The notes under the pieces: model-generated
The model's database searches: none
What the model was told of the DNA's origin: nothing
Seen by the model: the letters and a program-made list of their open reading frames with translations, nothing else
DNA from: a virus
Virus record (IMG/VR): IMGVR_UViG_3300045988_119787
Coordinates: 10,557 to 74,556 of that record
Length of the DNA stretch: 64,000 nucleotides
Strand: one strand, 5' to 3'
Program-made: the position numbers and the translations under genes
Part shown: positions 63,917 to 64,000 of the stretch, one piece after another
Layout: every line of letters starts with the position of its first letter
How positions within the stretch are numbered: the first letter of the stretch is position 1

Positions 63917-64000
63917 CATTAGTAAAATAAGTGACTGATAATTAGACTGTAAGATAATTTTCAGTGTGACCCCAACGGAATCACTAAGTCGTTATCAAAT

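Noticed and set aside
1-64000. Searched for CRISPR arrays, a diversity-generating retroelement (RT plus template/variable repeat), an integrase with att repeats, and transposases.
   Set aside because: I saw no regularly spaced direct repeats. No ORF has a YxDD reverse-transcriptase motif or tyrosine/serine recombinase motifs. The only mobile-type gene is the HNH-AP2 endonuclease. The lifestyle (temperate or lytic) therefore cannot be settled from this window.

Overview
This window reads as one contiguous stretch of a large tailed-phage or prophage genome. The host is probably Bacteroidota: several intergenic regions carry TAnnTTTG -7 boxes, most genes lack a Shine-Dalgarno (SD) sequence, and there are many lipobox proteins. 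No integrase, att site, CRISPR array, reverse transcriptase or rRNA was seen.

Layout:
1. 3-15551 (+): a single ORF of at least 5175 aa that runs off the 5' edge. It carries ParB-like, N6-adenine methyltransferase, strawberry-notch/SNF2-like helicase and two zincin HExxH modules, then a C-terminal membrane segment. This is the 'polyvalent', DarB-like injected-protein architecture.
2. 15621-18629 (-): an orphan six-gene operon with its own promoter, convergent on the giant gene.
3. 18884-20111 (+): an AT-rich cassette of four small exported proteins or lipoproteins.
4. 20108-30393 (-): tail fibres, putative capsid and scaffold.
5. 30551-39688 (+): portal, large terminase and further structural genes.
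6. 39771-40647 (-): an opposite-strand two-gene cassette with a compact rhomboid-like protease.
7. 40848-43544 (+): holin, GH19-type endolysin, unimolecular spanin candidate and an HTH protein.
8. 43647-57497 (-): a long leftward early operon (YopX, DUF551-like, MBL-fold hydrolase, RecT, SMC-like ATPase, dUTPase, Rha/KilAC antirepressor, NinG and many small ORFs).
9. 57498-58382: an ~0.9 kb noncoding island.
10. 58383-59134: a Cro-like/CI-like divergent pair with face-to-face promoters.
11. 59182-63258 (-): a second leftward operon (ASCH, HNH-AP2, SPFH lipoprotein).
12. 63259-64000: a structured noncoding region with a candidate small RNA.

Most unusual is the noncoding island. It holds two tRNA-like genes with canonical acceptor, D and T arms but non-decoding anticodon arms. 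One displays the perfect SD octamer AAGGAGGU in its loop. The other carries a 58-nt expanded arm. Three copies of a hairpin with a conserved loop and a covarying stem lie beside them. All calls rest on reading motifs by eye; no searches or folding programs were run.
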